From Massalongia carnosa (taxonomy: Eukaryota): a stretch of 64,000 nucleotides of DNA. Position 1 is the stretch's first letter. Each line of letters starts with the position of its first letter. Location of the stretch: the NCBI GenBank assembly GCA_965645245.1, contig OZ287083.1, positions 310,001 to 374,000 on the forward strand. The letters are read 5' to 3'. The translations under genes were made by a program, and so were the position numbers. Of the stretch, positions 58,701 through 64,000 are shown piece by piece. A model generated the notes under the pieces. The model saw nothing but the letters and a program-made list of their open reading frames with translations. It was not told where the DNA came from and did not search any database.

Positions 58701-59724
58701 TGTTCAAAAGACATGAGCAAGTAAGAAGAACCATGCTCAATGGGTTGTAGGGACCATTTCGGAGGTCTCAAGCCGCCAGCGACGCTTGGGCTTGCAAGAA
58801 TGATTTTCCCTCCCGTTTCGTTCTTCCATCGCCCTCAACCCTTGTTTCTCCTGACCTCCAATCCTTTCTATTCTCATGCTGTCCCACTCCCACACTTTCC
58901 TGACCTGCAAGTCTTCCGTTCTTCCAATCTTCCGATCTCGAATTCCAGCAAAGAATATTTCTTTCCATATAAAAGTATCTGGAGAAGTAATCTCGAAGCC
59001 AATGGGCGTTCATTGCTCTTGGGACAAGATTTTGGGCTTGCAGGGAATGGTTTTCTTAAAGAGAGACAATGTCCTTCAGATCAAACAGATCTCTCCCACG
59101 TAAGTCCTGGATATTTCTAGAAACGTCGATAACATAGCACGATTACATGGACCGTTTCTCCTACTCCTTATTGTAGATCGTGATATAACTAAGGAAGCGG
59201 CGGGACGCATTCCAGCGCGAGCGTCAGGGACAGTCGACGCGATCCGGTGGTTCAATATCTCGTTTGGAAAACTTCTAACCAGGGAGTCTCGGCATGAAAG
59301 TGTTACATCTACACATTTATGTGAGCGCGCGTATGCCGCATTGATATATCAGGATTTGTAGGCCGACTTACCGCCAAGTTCTATTCAGCGGTTCGGGTTT
59401 TGAAGGAAGATACGCCGGAGTTATGAAGAACGAGGCAATCTCGTCCATTAGGGCTCAAGGTATTGCCAAATGTACCTGAATGTTTTTCCATCAACTTACT
59501 GGTCTAGCTCGAAAATCTTGTGGACGCCGTGCGGAATGATAGCCACAAGCTCTCCACGGCCCTGAAATCTTAATATAAGGATTATGGATACATTATGCAC
59601 TACGTATACATATTGGCCAAACAGATATCATCATGAAGATTTGCCAAGTTATCATTCGAGAAGCAATAGAGAATTCCATGGATTATCTCAACGTTATCGC
59701 TTTCATCAAAGTCTTAGCTACAGC

Positions 59725-62145
59725 TCATTGATCTTCTAGCTTGCTACTATAATAGTTCCATGGCTTAGCGGTCCTAGGAAAGACTCTCTTGTAAAGACTT
59801 ACACCCACAGCATCCTGTGGATTGATCTTGCCATCAAATGTAGCTTTGAAATACCCGTGAGTACCTAAGCTCTCCTTAATGAAGCCACTCCTACCTCGTT
59901 TGGTCCATAGCTGAAGGGCTTTGAACCAGTCTACGTCCTCTTTGTTGAAGAACATATAGCGGACTGTGACAATCTTCTTATGGATCTTGTAAGGATGACC
60001 TGTAAGGATGATTCTTTTGGCAATAACCCGAGCGCGGTCTGGCGCTTGCGAAGTGCCAGTAGCAATAAGCTCCAGCCGTTGACCGCCTTGTATATCATCC
60101 ATTTGCTTGAAATATAATACGGGTACGGCGCCCCAAGTAAGAGGAGCGATGAACGTAGCCATCGCAGTTTGACCAGGATGAAGATATCGTTGAGATTTGT
60201 GAACATTGTTGGACGTGTTGCCAGTGTGGGAAAATAGAGGATTTATGACGAGCCGACGAGATCCACACTGTACAATCAGCTCTTCCTTAGATCGAATAGA
60301 GGCTGGATAATCCGATCGCAGAGTTATAGTAAAGTTAATAATCGTCCTCTTTTGCTCGTGACGAAGCAGAGAGAACATAGCCAAAGGGGTTTTAGAGTTA
60401 TAAATTTCCTGCCAGGAGAGGGGAACGCCACGGAGATGCACATCTACTCTTTTGCCTAGCTGGACACCTCCTACCAGAGCCTCCCGGGTAGCTTGCTTTT
60501 TTGCCTTCTTATAGTCTGGTATTTGCAGCAACCGATTCCAATCTTCTGGTTCATAGGCTCTGTCCTCTTCAGTTTCCCACCGACTGGTCTTGAGGCTTTT
60601 GAGTCCTCGATATCTGGCAAGACGTTCCCTGGCTAGTACATTAGGAAGAAGCTCAATCTCGTCTGGAAATTCCAGATCATCTTCTGCCTCGTTCCTCCTT
60701 TGTGACCTATAAGCTGCCAGCTGAGCGGCTTCATCATCAGGTGAGGGATCTAAAAACATCTCAGATTGTGGATATTCCGAGGGTGTGGCTTCCGTTGGAT
60801 CACGTTGGGTGGCATGGTCAAGACCCTCGAGTCCGTCTTGCGGAAGAGCTGGTGCATCCATGGTTATGTCCCCTTCCTCGTCTAATGCATCCTCTACATC
60901 CGATCCAGAGTCTGAGATATCACCTAGAAACCAAGCAGCTTGATAAGATGAAGTGCCTCTAGGCAGTCGCCTTGGGGCTTCTGGAAGGTGGGAATTGTCG
61001 TCGGAAAAGTAATGATGATCATCAAGGAGAACCCCGCGCCTCTCGGTCGGCGCTTCAGAAATTGGCATATCGCTAACGTGTTCCATAGTAGCCTCATAGG
61101 GTGCTATATCGGCAAGATCATCTTGTTCTCCGTCTGGTAGTTCTAGAACTTGGGCTTCTTGTATCTCTGCATCAATTGCCATCTCATCGGACTTCCTCTT
61201 TTTATAAATCACCTGCGAAGCGTCGACAATTTTGTCAATTTGGAAATGACCCCAATCTCCAAGCTGTACGAGTCTATTTGCGTTTAAACCTCGACCACGT
61301 ACCACTCCTGAGATGACTACTTCTCTATGAGACGAGCCCCCTTCCTGCGGCCATGCAACGTTCTCGACAAACATCCAACTTCGATCTTCTCTCCATTTTA
61401 CGCCTTTTGGGGTGGTTGTACACAAGGTACGGATGACGTTGGTACACTCACGATCTAAGTCCAGGGAGTGAATCTTTTCTTGAGTTGGAAAGAAATGAGC
61501 AATGTATGATTTCAAAGAAGAAACTACCTGCGACCTTCGTTTGGGGGGTTCAACTTTGTCAAGGTTCTGCACCATAGTTAGGACATTTGATATACCTTGG
61601 CCTTCAATTGCTCGAAGAATGATCTCCCCTTCCTCACCAACTTCTTGTGTAGGTGATAACAATAGTATGACAAAATCAGCAACACGGCATGCATCAAGAG
61701 CAGTCAATAAGTTTCTCTCAATTGGCACATAAAGTAAAGTCTGCTTGAACCTATCAACCTTAACCTTTGAAGGTCCTATGGAAGAAAGTTCAACGCCATG
61801 TTCCAATCCTTGGTTTAGTTTCTGTATTGCAAGCTCCGGGTCGTTCTCCTCGCATAGCGGCACAACAGCTACAACGCGAGGGGCTCCGTTTTGCCCAGAG
61901 AAAACATTGGATGCCTTGAAATTTTCCTGATGTTTGAGTTGTTTGAGCTGACGAGCTTGATGACGCCGGTCAATTTTGGACATGACTTGTTGGTGGAGTG
62001 TTTTGTGACTCCTTTTGGTCACCCCTTCAACTTTGCCCTTAGACAGATCTTTGATGAAGCCTTTGGTTGAGTGCCGCGACTTGAATGCTTTATGAGATAC
62101 CTTGGTTGTGTTTCTATGGTGATGGCTCTCCATCGACGGAGCCAT
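59725..62145 (-). CDS. TSR1: Pre-40S ribosome biogenesis factor Tsr1 (Bms1/Tsr1 family), 806 aa
   Basis: Intronless from MAPSMESHHHR. HKAFKSRH, FPDEIEL...ARERLARYRGLKS, IAKRIILTGHPYKIHK, VRYMFFNKEDVDWFK, GFIKESLGTHGYFKATFD. Confidence 0.95.
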   Translation of the reverse strand: MAPSMESHHHRNTTKVSHKAFKSRHSTKGFIKDLSKGKVEGVTKRSHKTLHQQVMSKIDRRHQARQLKQLKHQENFKASNVFSGQNGAPRVVAVVPLCEENDPELAIQKLNQGLEHGVELSSIGPSKVKVDRFKQTLLYVPIERNLLTALDACRVADFVILLLSPTQEVGEEGEIILRAIEGQGISNVLTMVQNLDKVEPPKRRSQVVSSLKSYIAHFFPTQEKIHSLDLDRECTNVIRTLCTTTPKGVKWREDRSWMFVENVAWPQEGGSSHREVVISGVVRGRGLNANRLVQLGDWGHFQIDKIVDASQVIYKKRKSDEMAIDAEIQEAQVLELPDGEQDDLADIAPYEATMEHVSDMPISEAPTERRGVLLDDHHYFSDDNSHLPEAPRRLPRGTSSYQAAWFLGDISDSGSDVEDALDEEGDITMDAPALPQDGLEGLDHATQRDPTEATPSEYPQSEMFLDPSPDDEAAQLAAYRSQRRNEAEDDLEFPDEIELLPNVLARERLARYRGLKSLKTSRWETEEDRAYEPEDWNRLLQIPDYKKAKKQATREALVGGVQLGKRVDVHLRGVPLSWQEIYNSKTPLAMFSLLRHEQKRTIINFTITLRSDYPASIRSKEELIVQCGSRRLVINPLFSHTGNTSNNVHKSQRYLHPGQTAMATFIAPLTWGAVPVLYFKQMDDIQGGQRLELIATGTSQAPDRARVIAKRIILTGHPYKIHKKIVTVRYMFFNKEDVDWFKALQLWTKRGRSGFIKESLGTHGYFKATFDGKINPQDAVGVSLYKRVFPRTAKPWNYYSSKLEDQ

Positions 62146-62404
62146 GCTGCTACTAGCTTTGAATCTAAATGGTATGGAAGCCACCTTGTTGTCTTTTTCT
62201 CGCGTTTTGACTAAACAATAGGCAAATTGTACAAAGATATTGCGAGATGAGACGAGAAAGCTACTAAAAGAGGAAAATAGAGAGATGAGAAAGATTTTAA
62301 GTGTAAAAGTGCGATACAAATTCGCGAAGCGAGGAAACTCTTGGCACGCTAGAGGCACACATGTCGCGCTAAGTAATATGTCAATTCCGTCCACACATTG
62401 TGGG

Positions 62405-62450
62405 AATATATTTTTATCAACAAAAGAAATATATTTTTATCAACAAAAGA
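62405..62450. repeat. Perfect 23-bp tandem duplication in the TSR1/UTP7 divergent promoter
   Basis: aatatatttttatcaacaaaaga at 62405-62427 and 62428-62450. Confidence 0.95.
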
Positions 62451-62470
62451 TACGGTACTGAATTTAGAAA

Positions 62471-64000
62471 ATGGAAGAAGTGGTTGAGATAGAAACTGAA
62501 GTGGGTCAATTAATTGTTCGATCTAGGAATATTTTGGAGAATTCTGGAGCTATAGAGGACAAACGTCGAGCCGCAGAAGCTCATAGTGTATATGGACGAG
62601 GGCGCAAGGTCTCCGTACGTGGAGTGAAAGACAAGAAGCTTCGAAGCAATCTCAAAAGCTTAGAGAACAAATACAAAGATGCCACGCTCAAGGCAAAAGA
62701 TGCGGAAATCCTTCTTGAAAACGATCATGGGTACTTAGAAGCAGAGGGGCCGCTAGAAAAAACCTACAAGGTCCGTCAAGACGAGCTGAAAAGCGAGCTT
62801 GATATCGAGACGTCAAGAAAGGGCTTTGAGCTCAAACTTGAGGCTTTTGGTCCCTATGTCGCAGATTATACCCGAAATGGTCGTGGATTGCTGCTTGCTG
62901 GGCGAAAAGGGCATGTATCAACAATGGATTGGAGGGGGGGTGTGCTTGGGTGTGAGCTCCATCTGCGAGAAACCATTCGAGATGCAAAATGGCTACATAA
63001 CGATCAATATTTTGCTGTTGCTCAGAAGAAGTACGTTTACATTTATGACAGTGCAGGCGTTGAACTGCATTGTCTTCAAAAACATATCGAAGTCACAAAT
63101 ATGGAATTTTTGCCGTATCATTTTTTACTCGCGACGATTGTGGGTTTTTGATCGATAACGTTAATGCAAAGGTATTAATGATTGTAGGGTAATGCGGGAT
63201 ATCTGAAATATACTGATACATCTACTGGCCAAATGGTTATCGAAATGCCTACGAAGCAAGGAACTCCTACGTCCTTCGCTCAAAACCCGTACAACGCAAT
63301 AATCCATGCAGGTCACCAAAATGGAACAGTGACCCTATGGTCGCCAAACTCGACGACACCACATGTTAAACTGCTTGCACACCGAGGGCCGGTACGCTCG
63401 ATTGCAATTGATCGGGAAGGGAGGTATATGATTTCAACCGGTCAAGACCTCAAAATGGGAGTTTGGGATGTGCGAATGTTCCGTGAAGTCAACAATTATT
63501 TCCTACGTCAGCCGGGTTCCTCTGTTGCGGTTAGCGATCGTGGATTAGTTTCTGTCGGATGGGGCACCCAGACCTCCATCTGGAAGGGCCTCTTCGATAA
63601 AGCGAAAGAAGACCAACAAAAGGTGCAGGCTCCTTATATGGGATGGGGCGCGGAGGCTAAGCGAGTTGAACGTGTACGATGGTGCCCTTTTGAGGATATA
63701 TTGGGTATTTCCCACGACAAGGGCTTCTCGAGCATGATTGTTCCTGGTGCCGGCGAACCTAATTTCGATGCTCTTGAGCTCAATCCTTATGAAAACACGA
63801 AGCAGCGTCAAGAAGGCGAGGTTCGAGCTTTGTTGAACAAGCTCCAACCCGAGATGATATCTTTGAACCCTGATTATATTGGCAACCTTGATTTGGCATC
63901 GGCGGAAACCCGGAAGAAGGAAGCGGACTTGGACAGGAAGCCCGAGGATCCGCTGCTGACACTGAAAAATAGAGGAAGAGGCAAGAATAGTACCTTACGG
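62471..64000 (+). CDS. UTP7: U3 snoRNP/SSU processome WD40 protein Utp7 (WDR46/BING4), 3'-truncated
   Basis: Exons 62471-63139 and 63188->64000 (intron GTGGGT..TAG). LEKTYKVRQ, YTRNGRGLLLAGRKGH, FAVAQKKYVYIYD, FLPYHFLL, QNPYNAIIHAGH, VPGAGEPNFDALELNPYENTKQRQE (BING4CT). Confidence 0.93.

Noticed and set aside
62146..62394. N-terminal extensions from GTG/TTG starts in the ORF track (TSR1; also MGS1, IES2, AMA1)
   Set aside because: Near-cognate starts are a prokaryotic-style artefact of the track; homology begins at the downstream ATGs.

Overview
Gene-dense, intron-containing eukaryotic DNA from a filamentous ascomycete (Pezizomycotina; short ~50-nt GT-AG introns with CTRAY branch points; a lichen-forming Lecanoromycete is plausible but cannot be shown from this window). 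About 22 protein-coding genes were reconstructed by hand, with exon totals checked for frame. Most are conserved housekeeping genes: MMS22/Mus7 (5'-truncated), Gag1-like clamp/DUF4050, mitochondrial AAA ATPase, DUF726/TMCO4, BET4, an AMA1-like APC/C activator, RPS6, BNA3, MGS1, IES2, PEX14/17, PRS, a bromodomain protein, DPH1, HMG-CoA lyase, GatF/Gta3, SEC17, TSR1 and UTP7 (3'-truncated). Three things stand out. (1) The AMA1-like gene can only encode its conserved PFRVLDAP motif if a 49-nt non-canonical AT-AC intron with U2-type signals is removed (27233-27281). (2) A tandem pair of 3-exon secreted paralogs, largely hidden from the ORF track, has a hydrophobin-like C-CC-C-C-CC-C core with non-class-I/II spacing, an LxxR pro-domain site and two extra cysteines straddling that site. 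(3) A small orphan gene ending in CaaX (CSLM) is a candidate lipopeptide-pheromone precursor. No rRNA, tRNA, CRISPR array or intact transposon was found. Family assignments come from motif recognition, not database searches.
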